In this document: in pieces, positions 23,501-37,600 of the stretch
Layout of the letters: the number at the start of each line of letters is the position of its first letter
Position numbering within the stretch: position 1 is the stretch's first letter
Assembly: GCA_000934665.2 (NCBI GenBank)
Contig: JYFJ02000077.1
Coordinates: forward strand, 62,001 to 126,000
DNA from: Catajapyx aquilonaris
Taxonomy: Eukaryota
Direction of reading: 5' to 3'
DNA: 64,000 nt
Program-made: the position numbers and the translations under genes
Notes under the pieces: model-generated
The model's input: only the letters and a program-made list of their open reading frames with translations
What the model was told of the DNA's origin: nothing
The model's database searches: none

Positions 23501-26500
23501 TGCATAGGAGGACCTACATTATACCAAGGTTCTTCCAAATGTCATGGATAAAAATTATGGAGTTTTAAAAAGAGTTTTCAAGGCAGAATAGATATAGCAA
23601 ATAAATTTTTTATAATCCAAGAAAGTTTTCCTCCAAAACAATTAAGTTCTTATTCTGCCATGGAGTTTGGTTTTACTAAATTAACATGACAATTGACCAA
23701 GGGCAAAAGTACAAGAGTTGATTTCCTGAACCATATAATTGTTATGTGCAGGTCTTACCATCATCACCCATTCACTCACCTGGAAGCTGCGCCTGATGTC
23801 ATTGATTGAGATGTATCCCTTGCGGTCCTTGTCCAGAGACTCAAACCTCTTGATGTATGATGCAATCTCTATCTTTGTGAGATTGATGGGGAGAGAATCC
23901 CTGCAGGCTCTATTCACATTCTGGCCCATTTCTGCCTTCAGGAAATCTTGGGCAGCCTTCAGTTGCTTCTAAAATCACAAACGGAAGAACACCAAAATGT
24001 ACGCCCTAGATCAACAATCATTCTCACCTTCTTCTCTGCATCATTCCACTTGAGCTCTTCAGCCATAATTCCAACAATTCTGTCAAGGGTCTCCTCACAT
24101 GCTTGGACATTAAGGAACGCAAAACGGATCCTTCTAGCAATGACATCCACTGCAGTCATGGCGTACTCCTTAACAGAGTAGCGGACCTCTGCATCAATGT
24201 AAGGAAATTCTTCATGGAGGCGACAACCTACGACAGGCCATCTTTTCCCAGTCATCCCAGCTGACTTGGCCACAGAGAAGGCCCGGTCCCCATATGTGTT
24301 AGCCAGATGTTGAGCCACCTCCGTCTCCAGTCCAAAGTCCTGCACCAGTCGAATGAACATGGTAGGTGTCCAACCATGGGCACCTTCCAAAAGCAAACCA
24401 GCTGTGCGGCACTCATGCAGAGGTTTCAGGTCACATGCTACAAGTAGGCATTTCTGACATAAGTTATACATAGTAAATTATACGTACTACAAGGTACAGA
24501 GTTAAGGCATTATTATTGTTCATTCAACTCTTGCAAGCTAATACTAATCACATCAATTTTCAAACAGTAGTGTATATGGACCCTACGGATCCATAAGCTT
24601 GCCCACAGTAATCCAGAGAGGTATTGGTGCAATTGCAGAATTGTTAGCCTCCGACTTCAATATAGTAAATTATTTTTATGTTCATTATTCCCATTTTCGA
24701 AAAAAAGAAACGGAGAATTCACTACTAAATGAAGCGCAGAACAGTAGTAAAAAGTAGTGAATTCTTAGAAGGTACCATGTCTTAAGTTTTTTAAAAAGCA
24801 CAGGATTATGTTGTAGGTTTCCACACTTCCACATTTATGCAGAAAGCAAAAATTTCACCTACCATACGTAAATTATGTCAATAAAATTAACTGCTGCCCT
24901 ATATTTATCCACGCAGAAATGTATTTTTCGCACCTGCAGATATTTTCAAACACCTGTGCAGATGTCAAAAATTTATAATTAAACAAAGCAAACTTTATGA
25001 AAAAGTACTTTAAAAAGGAATGCAATATGCACCTTTGTGACAATTAATTGTAGTATTTACTTTTTATGTTAATGACTTTGGCACCCCAGTTTTTTGGGAA
25101 AAGCCGTGATGAATATGATGATGATGACTTTCATTATAAGCCGCACTGCATCAGTTACCTTTTAATAACATCCCTTTCTCATGTTATAAATTTCATTAAC
25201 ATAACCACAACCAATATTCTGCAAAAGGAAAAGGAAAAGGAAAAGAATTTTAAAATGGCACATACCAATTATAGCCTCATCAATGGTGTCTTTGGCCATG
25301 CTTCTGTAGGTAGTCCACTTCCCACCAGCAATTGTGACCATCTTATTGTCAGAAACATGTACAATGTGGTTCCTGGCAAGGGACTGGGTGTCTGTCTTGT
25401 TTGGATTGAACACCAGAGGCCTGATTCCACTCCAGGCAGACAGAACGTCTCCTCTGCGCACCTCTAGGTCAGGGCTCAAGTAATTCTTGATCTCTTTCAA
25501 TATGAACTGGATATCTTCCTCTGTTGGGGATGGGTGGTGAGTCACATCACACGGGGTGTCTGTAGTCCCTGCTATTGTCACCTTCTGCCATGGGAGGAAG
25601 AAGATCACACGGCCATCAGATGTGGAAGGGTCAAGGAGCCCCATCTCTGCAGGGCTAAACAGGAAAATGGGAACATCATTATGTTTTTAAAAATAATCCA
25701 TCCTTCAGTAAATAATCTGCCATGTTGAAATTAACAACAATTACTTTTTGAGAAACCCTGCTGGAAATGATCATTAAAAATTACTTTAGGAGATAAAACA
25801 ATGTCTGGTGTAATAATATTCAGTCCACAAATCAAACTCTGGCTCAATTGAGTAATGATTCAGATCTTTCTAAAACTGGTCCCAACCTGTAATATCCAGG
25901 CAGAGTGATATGTACACCAGCACTGGGTGCACAGATCTCCTGAACCTTTGGGTCATCCATCTTCCTGAGAGAGTCTGTGAATGGCCCTGTGGCATTGATG
26001 ACACATTTTGCCTTCACATCCCATTCCTTCCCTGTTATCTCGTCCCTCATACGAGCCCCACAAATCCGCTGTCCATCAGGAGTCTTGCACTTCAGGAGGC
26101 TCGTGACCTTCACATGGTTGGCTATTGTAGCTCCATACCTTGCGGCAGTCAGGGCAATTGTTAGGTTCATCCGCGCATCATTGTGCTGCCCTTGAAAATA
26201 TATTTGAGGGGTCAAACATCAGAAAACATTCACAACAAAATGCAGATGTTCATGAACTTTTGAAATTAACTTCCCTGCTCTAGCATGCCTTTGAACAATA
26301 CATGATTCACCGCATATTTTTCTATTGCCTTCCAAACAATACCAGTAACAAAGGAAGGCACTGATTTCGACTTATTTACAATCTAGATCCAAGTCTACAT
26401 AAAAAAACATCCCATCCTTGGTCTGTATTTCAATATGCAAAATATCAAAAACGTAATTTAATAAAAATAAGGCAGTCAAATTTCCTTTATTTGAATATTC

Positions 26501-29437
26501 AGGTTACATTTTAAAAAATTAATTTATTAATTAATTTAAAAAAAAACTGTTGCAGATCAATGTGAAGCAATTCACCTAACGGTAAGACCTCCCTAGATGC
26601 TAAAATAATTTCCATTGATGCAAAACATCTCTGGCACATATCCCACATTTTGAATCCTTGTGCCCTAACAATTCCTCACCTAATGGGCCCACATCATCTT
26701 CTAAAAAGCAACTAAACTAAGCATCCTCACTCACCATCATAATAGACGAGAGCCCCACAGAGCCTGTCCCCACGAAGCATAGGGAACTTCTCCAGGGCCT
26801 CTGCTTTGGGCAGATAGTAGGAGGACTTCAGGCACTTTGCTCCAGCCACAATGTCATAGGCCTTGATCCCAACCCAGTAGTATGGTACCTGCCACCACTT
26901 GTACACTGGAAGCATTATGGGCAGGGGGTAGGAGAGGTGGGGGGCAATCTCCAGTAGGTTGGCTCTTTCAAACAGAGCCTCCTTCACCATGTTGTACTGC
27001 TCAACATCAAACTGCATGATGGCCTTCTGCAAGTAGCGCACTCCTCCATGGATCAGCTTGGTGCTGCGGCTGCTTGTCCCAGATGAAAAGTCGTCCATGT
27101 CCACCAAGGCCGTCTTCAGGCCTAAATGGCAAGCAACCTCTCACATTTGGGAAAACTATGTTGCAAATAAACTACAAAATAAAAAGAGAACTTCACTGAC
27201 CCCTGGTGACAGCATCAACAGCACATCCTGCCCCAGTAGCCCCCCCTCCAACTACCAGGACATCGAAATGGGTCTTTCGGAGGTTCTCCAGGTGTTCGGC
27301 TCTACTTAGCAGAGGTTGTGTTGGGCGTGTCTTCATGCGATCAGTAGCAGTCACATGGACAAAGGTTTTCTGGAGGAAAAATTACCATAGTAGTCAAAAC
27401 CAAACTGTTAATTATGTTAGCGTTTACTAATACAAAAAATCATCACATAATATAAATTCCTGTAGTGAATGTGGATTCAAAATTCACAATGAAATGAGGC
27501 AACAAAACTTAGGGAACTATTAGATTTGTGCAAGATGTATTTGAATACCTCACGGGAAGAACGATCAAGGTTCACCTCAGGTGAAACTGAGATATTCAAA
27601 TTTCAAATTTCAAAGGCCCATATAAGGTACTATAGAGTATAGTCAATCCTACTTTCGGGGCCTTCCATAGTGACCTATGATCATTACTCCATGACCACGA
27701 CCACGGTCTTAGAAGAATAGGTTTGGACACTCGCCACCATCTTGCATGCCACTAACCCATTCAGTATTGGCACTAGTATATCACCTTGTGGAACTCGCTG
27801 AGTGATAGCGACTAGCGAGCCTGATGGTACTATCAGTCCAACAAGAATTGTCGCAGCGGCAGCGCACGAACTACAATCTACGAGCACAGGTATACGAGAG
27901 ACTGTAGTTCGTGCGCTGCCGCTTGCGACAATTCTTGTTGGACACCAGGTACAACTATGCACCTTGGTGTATCGCTATCGGTAACGATCGGTAGCTAGGT
28001 GTTGATGCATAGTTGTACCGTCAGGATCGCTAGTCGCTATGACTTGGCGAGTTCCACAGCGTGATTCCATTGCAGATATACTATAGCGCCAATGCGGGAA
28101 GGGCTAATGGCACAGCTGTTTATATTAGCCTGGGATAGAAGTCTCCAGAGGCTGACCACGACCAAACCATCATATTCTATGCTAGTGAAACTGTCTTCTG
28201 AGATGTGGAACTCATTTTTGACTAAAAGTGGGCCTTGATCGTTCGAGGTCTTCATTTAGTTTTAGAAGACTGCTGATGTGTGAAGTGTAGTCATTTCTGT
28301 CTCTTGTCATGTCAGTTCTATTCTAAAAGATAAATGCATTTTATGAAACAGATTGTGTGAGCACTGAAATTATCTAGCTTATACAAGGTCAGTTTTTGTG
28401 ATTAGTCAAAGAGATAAAAAAGCTATGCCATGTTGAGCTTCTCGCTGATGGCCAGTTAAAATGAAATCACCAAAGTAAAGCATACAAACACGGGCGGCAT
28501 GGTGGTCTAGCCGTTACGCCGCTGGCCAGCCAAGCGGGAGGCCGGGGTTCAAATCCCGTCCCCGTCACCTCTGCTTGGCCGGGTCTTTTTCCGCTTTTCA
28601 CCCGACATGCCGGAGCAGAATTGCACTCCCTTCTCTGCTCGGGGCCAGGAGAAAAGGCCTGGTGTTAAAGAATGTCAGAAATGGCTATCGCACGGCGCCC
28701 TCCCTTGGGAACTTCCCCTTCCCCCCTAAGAGGGCCACGAGCTCTATCACGGGGTAACAAAAAAAAAAAAAAAAAGCATACAAATGACTTTCACAAAGAC
28801 TCTGTTGTGTACAGCAGCACCGCACCACAAAAAAACAAGGATGCAGTGCACATTATGGAGGTTACATTATAATGATGCACTGCAATATACTATTACAGCA
28901 TGTCAAGGTAATATTAATTGAAAATAATATTTATTACTTGAATCGTAGTTCTCTTCACACTAGTCCTAATAAACAATGTGTAATGTATGGAAATACTGAA
29001 GAATTCCAGCGAATACATCAATTTGTAAAAGGTAGCTCTATGTCTACGTGTATATGCATTCAAAATTTTCATTACCATGACCATTCCTGTATTTCACTTT
29101 TAATGGTCCAGATGCTGTTACTTCAAACTCTAAAAAATCAATATAGGCATGTCTCAATATTTTTGCTTTGGAAAATCTTCCACAGTTTTTACCAAGTGGT
29201 AATTACAGGTAGTCAACTTCACTCAATCTAAAGTGCACACCTCCTAACCACAAATGCCAATCACATTATAATTCACAGGAGAAATTTAATCATGTGTATA
29301 TTTGCAAACTGCTGTGAAAGAAATCAAGACCTCTAACTGACCTCTGCATGCCGATTGCTGTTGAGGTAATAGTTGGCAACATATGCTGTTCCTCCCAGTG
29401 CCACTGTCCCGATAAAAATCTTCCTTATGCGCGACAT
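20534..29437 (-). CDS. GPD2: Mitochondrial FAD-dependent glycerol-3-phosphate dehydrogenase
   Basis: Exons in transcript order: 29437-29342, 27369-27201, 27121-26735, 26190-25887, 25654-25266, 24437-24028, 23968-23780, [22416-22315 and/or 22257-22159], 20668-20534. Motifs DVLVVGGGATGAG, SSGTSSRSTKLIHGGVRYL, YYDGQHNDAR, AGGKWTTYR, EF-hand region, C-terminal VERSGGGL. Acceptor at 29495 implies an upstream UTR exon. Confidence 0.96.
22159..22257 (-). CDS. GPD2: GPD2 EF-hand 2 exon, canonical variant
   Basis: ttcag|KAGENVSGETIHEILRELDTNMNGQVELEEYLE|gtagac; 99 nt, phase 0-0. Confidence 0.9.
22315..22416 (-). CDS. GPD2: GPD2 EF-hand 2 exon, duplicated degenerate variant
   Basis: gttcag|VEEGKNLGTTHMHTVLNEVDPDCHGQIDLSTFLQ|gtaaat; 102 nt, phase 0-0, open frame, aligns with the neighbouring exon. 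Confidence 0.75.
27748..28112. repeat. Nested multi-arm inverted repeat (foldback element) in a GPD2 intron
   Basis: Outer arms about 27748-27830 / 28015-28112; inner ~40-bp stem about 27836-27876 / 27903-27943; a third stem ggtacaactatgca / tgcatagttgtacc. Confidence 0.8.
28489..28772 (+). mobile_element. tRNA-derived SINE with A tail and target-site duplication
   Basis: A box TGGTCTAGCCG (28503), B box GGTTCAAATCC (28546), unrelated body, A-run at 28759-28775, and AAAGCATACAAA at 28477-28488 and 28773-28784. Confidence 0.9.
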
Positions 29438-31339
29438 TGCTGCTGCTGGTCACTCAGCTCTCTCTCTCCGATGGATCACCTCTTCCTCAAGTGGCCTGAG
29501 GTAAAGAGAGGACGAAAGGGTCGTTTCAAGACAGGCGGCAAAGGCCTGGCACTGGCCCCAAACTAGGGATCCAGCTATGGTCTAAATTTGGAGCATGGTC
29601 AAGTGCACAAAAAGTGAGTGCCAATGACTTTTGTTACACTTCCCCACATTTTTATGCCTACATCTGTTACTACCACTTTATTGCCCATGCAAAATTTTAC
29701 CAAAGGGTCATTTGTCACACCTAACTGGCACTCGCCAATTTGTGGTGAAACAGTTTCAGCAATGTAATCCCATGGTTTTTCACTCTGAAGGTGCATGCTA
29801 CAACCAGGAAGCATCAGTTACCTGTAGGTTGTAATAACCTGCAGTCGACACCTCGTTAGCAGTGTTAACTCATTCGTCACGGACTGGTTAGCGCAACTAC
29901 AGTCGAGTAAGTTTCCAACAATACCAGGTGGTGTAAAAGGTGCACCCTTATGCTTATTGTGACTTCCTACAACAAAAATGACCCTAGTTGATTTTGGCAA
30001 TTTCAGATTCGTTACAAAGACAATCCCTTGTTACTTTTTGAATTTCATTAACACTCTGCTGATGCTCATCATGCAGGCCAGGTGACCCACCAGCTATCAC
30101 TGCAACATGGGTTGCCTGCCGTGTGGCTCACCAGCTTGTCGAGCTAAAGAGAAAAGCTCTTCTCTACAATGTAACTGAAACGTCTAAATTCAACTAGACC
30201 CATTTTGTAAATTCACATGAAGCCTAAATTCAAGAGTAAGTGTGCACACATCGCACCACCTGCATAACCAGGTTATAACCCACTGACGTAACATTATGGC
30301 CCAGTTGCATCAATGCATTATTATTATTATTATTACAAATATGCATTCACATCAAATACACCATCTCTATTTCAATTGATTGCATCGTCCGCTATTGTCT
30401 GCCAACAGCCTGTCCACTGGTCATCACCTGCCAGACACGTGCATCCTCTAATTAACTATTTACCAATTAGCAGGAGCCTGCCAGTGCTGGTCCCAGCATC
30501 ATTATGTACCTCTCTCTGTGTGACTCCAATGTCCGCCTGTGCCCGACCGTGCCTAACCCATCAAAGCAAATCCGGATGCGTCTGACTCGGACTGTGTTTG
30601 CTTGCCTGCTTGCTGTGCGCTATGACGGGTCAGATCAAATTGCGTAACCGCCCTTCATGGCCGTGTATGTACACCACCCAGATCGTCCGTCGTACAGCTC
30701 GGGTCTTGCCCTACACTCGATGATTTTTTTTTTTGTTTGCCGATTGTTGCCGCTCCCATTGTCGGGCGGCGCTGTTACCCCCCAATGGACACACCACAAA
30801 TTTTATATTTAAAAATATGTATATTTATAGCCGGCATTTTTTTGTTATTTGTGTATCGCACGGGATGACGGCGTGCGGTTACGTAACACCGCCGGACAGG
30901 TGGCGCGGCGCGGGCTTTTCGAAACACCCGCCGCGCCGGGTATGCAAATGCCCTGTTTTATTTGCTGTTTTATGGGCATGTAGCAAAGCGGTTGCATTAT
31001 CGGTATTAATTGGGCGTATAGGCATGTGCCGGGGAGGACAGCACAATGTGTGTGTGTGTATGTGTGGCTGAGAGTCCAATCCGCCCACGGCCGGATCAGG
31101 CACCAATAGAGCCGCCGACCCCGAATGACTCGGATGGCATCAATCACTTAACCAGCCCACTTCACTCTATCTCTGCTGATAACAACAATGCAAGAAGCAA
31201 ACGTTGCGTAACTCGGGCGAAGGTATGTGGTAATTGCAAGTACTTCAGATCCGCATCCGCAATTTGGGGAAGGGAGGGTCATAGACATATTTTAATGTGC
31301 TAAATAGTACATGCGGTATCACTCGGTCCCGGAGTGATC

Positions 31340-31640
31340 ATGGTTGACGTCAGGTGGTGACGAGCATTGCGCAGTCGGGTGACGTCACATGCGTCAAACG
31401 TGCGGCTGCGCGTCAATGTCGCACCTCATGTCACCACATTGATCGCCGGATAAACTGCGATTCGAGAAAATATATAGGGAAAGAGAAATATAACATGCAG
31501 AGCCGGAGATTTTCACGTGGTGAGAAAGGGGTCGTGAAAAGATTCGGTTTTTACCTAGGTCTAGACGTGGATTTATTTAGGGAACTTATCTTATTATTAG
31601 GACCCGGTTCACCTTGAATCCGCGCCGGCGCGATTCATGC
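31340..31640. promoter_or_regulatory. CpG-rich putative promoter region upstream of GPD2
   Basis: Two full CRE palindromes TGACGTCA (31345, 31380), E-box CACGTG (about 31513), GC palindrome tgaatccgcgccggcgcgattca (about 31615-31637), possible minus-strand donor at about 31554. Confidence 0.4.
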
Positions 31641-34600
31641 CGAGGTTTAAAACGCTTTTAGCAAAGCGGACACTTTGCGCTCATTACGACACTACCATGC
31701 CGGCCTGCGATCCCGGCATATCGTGATTCACGTGGTGATTGCAAACCATGCCTTTGTCCAAGAGCTAATGAGAACCATAAAACATCCTCAGATAAAAAAT
31801 GAGCGCGGTCAAAGTCGACCAGCAGTAAAACCAGAATATCTTCAACCTGTTACCGATCGTGTTTCATTCTTTGTTGTAAGGTCATAAACCGAAAGGGGGT
31901 ATATAAATGGGTGAAGTATTGCCCTCAAGACCTCATTTCTCTCACTGGAAGGCGAATGGCAAGTGTGATACTCCGCAGCCCCCGCTCTCGAAATACACGC
32001 CCCATGTGATTAACTTTATACATGTTATGACTTAGTAATTACTCAGCAACCTCCTGACAGTGTGGGCGTAGTTTACTGTTTCCAGCATTGTATAATCGTG
32101 TAATATTAGGAGTCGGTGCAAACATGACCTATATATACGACGCCACCACAGTGACGCCCACAAAACTCTTTTAAAAACATTTGCAGGAAACAAAATCGTC
32201 GCTGATATTACGATAAAAGCTTCCATCATGTTGCCCTGACACACACTGACAGTCATAGTCATTTTTTATTGTTTCATGCCGTGCAAAATATCTGGCCAGA
32301 TTGTGCACTGTATCTGTCTCCCAAAATCTAAATCGATACTTCACAACTGTACGGTACTGACGACTCCAATGCATGACCATTTATCGACACGAAATTCTTC
32401 CATGCCAAAAAAAAAATCCGCCAACGACCTTTCCCATGCGTGTTCGACTCTCACGGTATCATATCACCAAAAACTTCCGGTCAGCAGATAAACCTTAGAG
32501 CCTGATATTTTTAAAATTCCAATTAAACCGGGTTATGCAACCAAAAACCGGAGGTCATGCGCCTTTGGTACTGGTACATCCCAAAGGTGACCGGAGACAC
32601 CCGGAGAAAGTAAACTCAGCGCAGGAGATCGATAGGCAACCCACCCGACACTCGAGAGGTGGGGGTTGGTACTGGGGAGGCGGGGGCGTTCAAAACCAGT
32701 GTATGTGTGTGTGTGCATGTGTGAGAGGGGGAGACCATGGCTGCTCAGTGGAGGATCGGACATCGGTCCACCACCACCACCCAACATTGCCGGGAAACAC
32801 AAGCGCACACCTTTTCACTCTAGTGTCCTGTGCCAATTTTCCACCAATTGGAGGAAAAACACTAAAGGAGGATTTGTCTCCCGGTGATGCCAGACCAGGT
32901 AGGGGTTAGCTAAGAAAATGGGCATGTAGCCACACACTGACCTTCAGTGCTGTTCTTGGACCCACACGAATAGTGCGTCTCGGTTTGAGCTTCTTGGAGA
33001 GAGTTTTATTTCGCACGTTTTGTTCAGTTTTTGACATGTAGGGATTTGGCGAGTGCGTGGGGTTGTCAAACATATCGGAAGTCGGAAAAAGGTCACGGTT
33101 TGGCGAACATATGGTGAAGCAAAGTCCAGAGATAGCGGTAATGTTGGGGGGGTTAAAGGGTGTGATTTTTGTGTGATTGATAACATGGCAATTGCGTGGG
33201 GTTTTGCTTACTACAGGATGAAAACGCCGGGTAATCACGGAATGTGTCGCATATGTTGGAGGTAAGAGTGTATATCCTTGTGTATTGCCAATACCAGGAA
33301 CAGTCCTGTTGTATTCGATCAATAACAGAAACGGATATTAAAATATTCCGCATCATGCATAAATATTGTGGCCAGATAAGCATGATAAACAGCTATTGTG
33401 TTTAGGGCATTACTCATTAATTGCGGTTTACTGAGTGATAACCGGTTATTTACACCGTTCGTGAAATTCGGAAACATTTATGTGGTATACTTCTGACACG
33501 CAAATACTTGTCGTCAAAATGCCGGTATCCTGACGCCACACAACCTTTCGTACATGAATAATGTAAGAGTTATATGGGAAAAGAGCTTCACCTTGTGAAT
33601 GTACCGACTCCGTTTGTACAGCTCCATAATGCATTAATTTGTCACACACTTTTTTTTTTGGCCAAGAGTATACTATAATAAGTGGCATATGTTGGCCCAC
33701 CAGCTAAATTACAATTAGGTCAACCATCGTATCCAGTGCGGTCCATAACTTGAATCATCTGCTGCCCAATATTTCCACATCGCTCCCTCATCCCCGCAAT
33801 AATGAACGTCGAGGGTACTCCTCATTACCATCAAGTATTCCAAAATTAGCATCGGGCTGCATGGCCTGACAATCTTTACACACCGCATAAAAAGTAGGTT
33901 GTATACTCCCAGGCATGTAATTAGTGTACCACTAAACTAATTTCCCGCGTCAATAGCTAACCTCCAGCACTAAAAGTCAATATTCTCAGGGTCCGCAGCA
34001 ATATTGTTTCGTCCTACTTGCTTGCTTCCTACCCCATCAGCTGACTCTGTGCCCCTTGCAAACGCAGTTGGCATCCTGAAGCTTCTAGTGTACAGGAGTC
34101 AAGTGACTTATATACCTTTTTTGCATCGCTGCGGTTCTCATGGATGGAAAGGATTGCGTTGTCACGTTCCTACGCACCGATCGCCGCAAATGTGAGGGAC
34201 CTTTTGTCTGTACGTCAGCATATGTGTAATGCTTTCAATGCTCGTTTTTTTATGAGGTGGGCTACCTAATACGCACGTGGAGACTTCTTTATAGCTGAAC
34301 TGATCATTAACTTTTATTCGAGTGTCTTTGCACTCACTTCCTTGTACAGGGTGGTTCAGTGACTTCCTCCAGTATTGGCTGGGATTTTAGTACGTGTCGT
34401 ATGCGTGTCCAGAAGGGTCTTTGACCGCAGGAGACGGTCAAAAGTCAGTATTTTGCTTCGTATTGGTAATGCGGAACTTGATGCGCAATGTAATGAGAGA
34501 ATGGGTTCTGATTTCGGTAGGGTTCAAGTGGAATGTACTCATAAATTAGCAGTTTCACATTTCTGTTTTTATATGGTAATCTAGTCTGGCAAATCACATG

Positions 34601-37600
34601 TTAAAACAATCCTCTCCGTTTTTCATGTTTAATTAAACAGTTGCGTGAGGCTGCCGTGTAAAACCACATGGAATATACACGCTGCAAAATGTGGTATTAT
34701 CGTTGGCATATGTAGACATAATTATCATCACTCAGAAAAAACAAGCACACAAACGACATCTCCATACCAATAGTTCCAGCCAACAGTTGTCACTTTTAAA
34801 ATATACGGAGCAGATATATCAATCCTTTCTCTTTCAACCTCGCACCATAATGTCAGTGAGTCGACACACAAAAGCCTACGCAAAGTCATTACAGTCCTGT
34901 ATTAGGGACGAGTACGTATAAATATTTATCTACATTTGAAGCCACCGTACATAGAGCCACACCGCGCATATAGTATTCATTACAAAGTTCCAAAATTAAT
35001 ACGGATGTCGCACGTATAACCACATCCTGTTGCCCCCATTTAAGTGCATATACAATAAGACGGAGACGCAGCAGCTGCTGGAAAAGCAACTGTTGCACAA
35101 TTACGTCAGTGACTAGCTTCCTAAAGACGACCTCAGTTGTCTTGGCCACCGTGTGGTTAATTTCCTTCGACACGTGGCGAGAAGACGGATCATGCCTTCA
35201 ATCATTCTTCTGACGTCTTATCCTGTGGCAGCTGCAACCAGCTTTGCACATAAAGGGCTCTCAACTAGCTATTGATTGAAGAACATGGATTGAGAATTAT
35301 CAGGCATAACCGGGCGAGGTTATTTTGATTGCGGCCTTCGATAATTCATGCCTGCACTTGACCCGACCCTTTCGTTTATTCGATCCAGAGTTCATTATGA
35401 ATTTTGTTGAAATGTGAGCTATAGGCGTGTTAAACGCCTGTCATGAGGTTCACGTGTGGTTAATTATGGCCCATGTAATCTTCGTTTTTAAATTACTGTA
35501 ATTGCTGCCGGTAGCAGGTTTATGAATTCACAACATTGTTTGCCAATTCGTAATCCCCACTGAAATTATGTCAAATTGCTATGAATATGCAGATGATAAT
35601 AGACTACTCTAGTCTGGATTTATGGAACTTAATACACTGCACCATTGCAAGCATTGTTAGCGTCAAACAACTAAATAGTGTAATGCCAACCATTAACATG
35701 GCGCCTAGTCCAAGGCCGCAGTTTCGTCACTTCATGAGATGTGAATTACTAAATATTCTAGTAGTCAAGGCCATTGGGTGACTTTGCAAGGAAGTACAGC
35801 ACTTTTTATGGAAGTTGTGGTCAATATAGCACTGGGAGTTACGCATCTTTTAATCAAACAGGAAATACCGGTACGTATGGCATAACTTGTGCTTTTGACA
35901 GTCAGCATCACACAAAAAGCAATGCGAAATAAATATTACACATATGCATTCCTCGATAAATGAAGGTTAATTAAGTCAGCCAGACCTTTCATGCACAATA
36001 TGAAATCAATCACTATTGCTTCTCTTAGACTCGCCACTTACATAATGCGATGAAGCTGTGCATTCAGGGTCGTGACGAAAAGCTGCGGCTATACATACTA
36101 GTCTTTTAAAAAAAGCAAAGGCATATGAAAGAGCCCGAGGTAATTAGTATTCGTGAGAAACTACTACGCAAGCGCGAGTTAGTTCCTCTTACGCCTTGGA
36201 ACTACAATCAAGAGAATATGTCACGTGAAGCAAACAGTGCTGAGACAACTACTTATGTCGCCCGCTTTTCCATTGCAGACCTTCCATGAGACGCCCGAGT
36301 GACTTTCTGTCCTAAAGAGCCTCTACCAGAAAGCCTACACACTACGTACTGAAGACTTGTGAGATTGTGGGAAAAAGTAAGTACATGCAGTGATGCACTG
36401 GAAGGGAACAATGTTGCTTTATACTGTCGGCTCAGGCCGGGCACCTGCTCATACAGTATTATTATCATAACGGGCTATCTTTTGTTTTGAAGCACAACTT
36501 TAGATAAAGTTACTACGTCTGGTCCGGGTATATCTGAGACATTTCACAGGCTAGATAATGGCATTACGTCTTGCCTCGAACATTATTCTTGATATGATAT
36601 GTACAAGTATAGGCTATTTCAACTGGGGCAATGTATTACATGGGTTTTACAAGGTTCACGTAGAAGATGAACATGCCATAACTGTAGCATATGATAAACA
36701 CAAATATAGTCTTATACAGGAGGAAAGTATAGTAAGCAAAATGGCGTGGTTTGTTTGAAAACGCTACCCTCTTCCGCTAATGGCTTATTTCACTTTCCTG
36801 ACAAAGGCGGCTACCTTTTCCATGAGATCCATATTAGGTTTCTCCAATATAGAACTGCGGAATTGCCTTTTCACATCTGCAAACAATACTTCCCCGCTTT
36901 CAGTAGGTTATATGGCATCCCTATACTCGATATGAACATTGAGCCCAGCCTCGTGGCAGAGTATATATAGTCACGTACACACAAAAATTCCAGGTTTTTC
37001 CCTCTCATGATCTTTTTAGCACACGTTCCAGATAAAAATGAAAGATCATTTTACATGCAAGCTCAAATTGGGAACTTCCCAAATCCTCTGAATGTAAACA
37101 TTTTTAGCCCAGTCCGGATTCAGATTACCCATCTGAAACTCGGTTGAATTCACCTTTAGAACCCATCCATCAGTTGAACCTCTCCTAAATCTACCCACGG
37201 GTCGTTCCCACCCGCAATTTTAAATACTGGCTGTGGGTGGCCGTGCGCTATCACTGCTGCTGCGGAGGTTTGAGCCAGAAGTCAACATTTGATTACCGTT
37301 TGCCTGAATGGTTTTAAATCAGCCTTAACTCTTTCTGCAAATACACGCCAAATCCGGTGTACACATTGTTACCAAATCCGGAACCATCTCCATAGATTCA
37401 GCATCCTCCTCCATTTGAAAGAGACTTCAAGTCACGTCCATGCTCTCCACCACGGTCAATTGGATAATGCCAAAGGTCACAATGCACTTGGTTAGGGTTG
37501 CCCCCCACTCTCCTCCATGATCATTTGGCAAAGGGTCATGACTTGTCAACCGCAGATAACATGTCCGCGTATCGATCAGAGCGAATGAGAAAAGTCAGAT

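Noticed and set aside
28492..28568. Possible tRNA gene
   Set aside because: Imperfect stems, and it is embedded in an element with a body, A tail and target-site duplication, so it is a SINE head.
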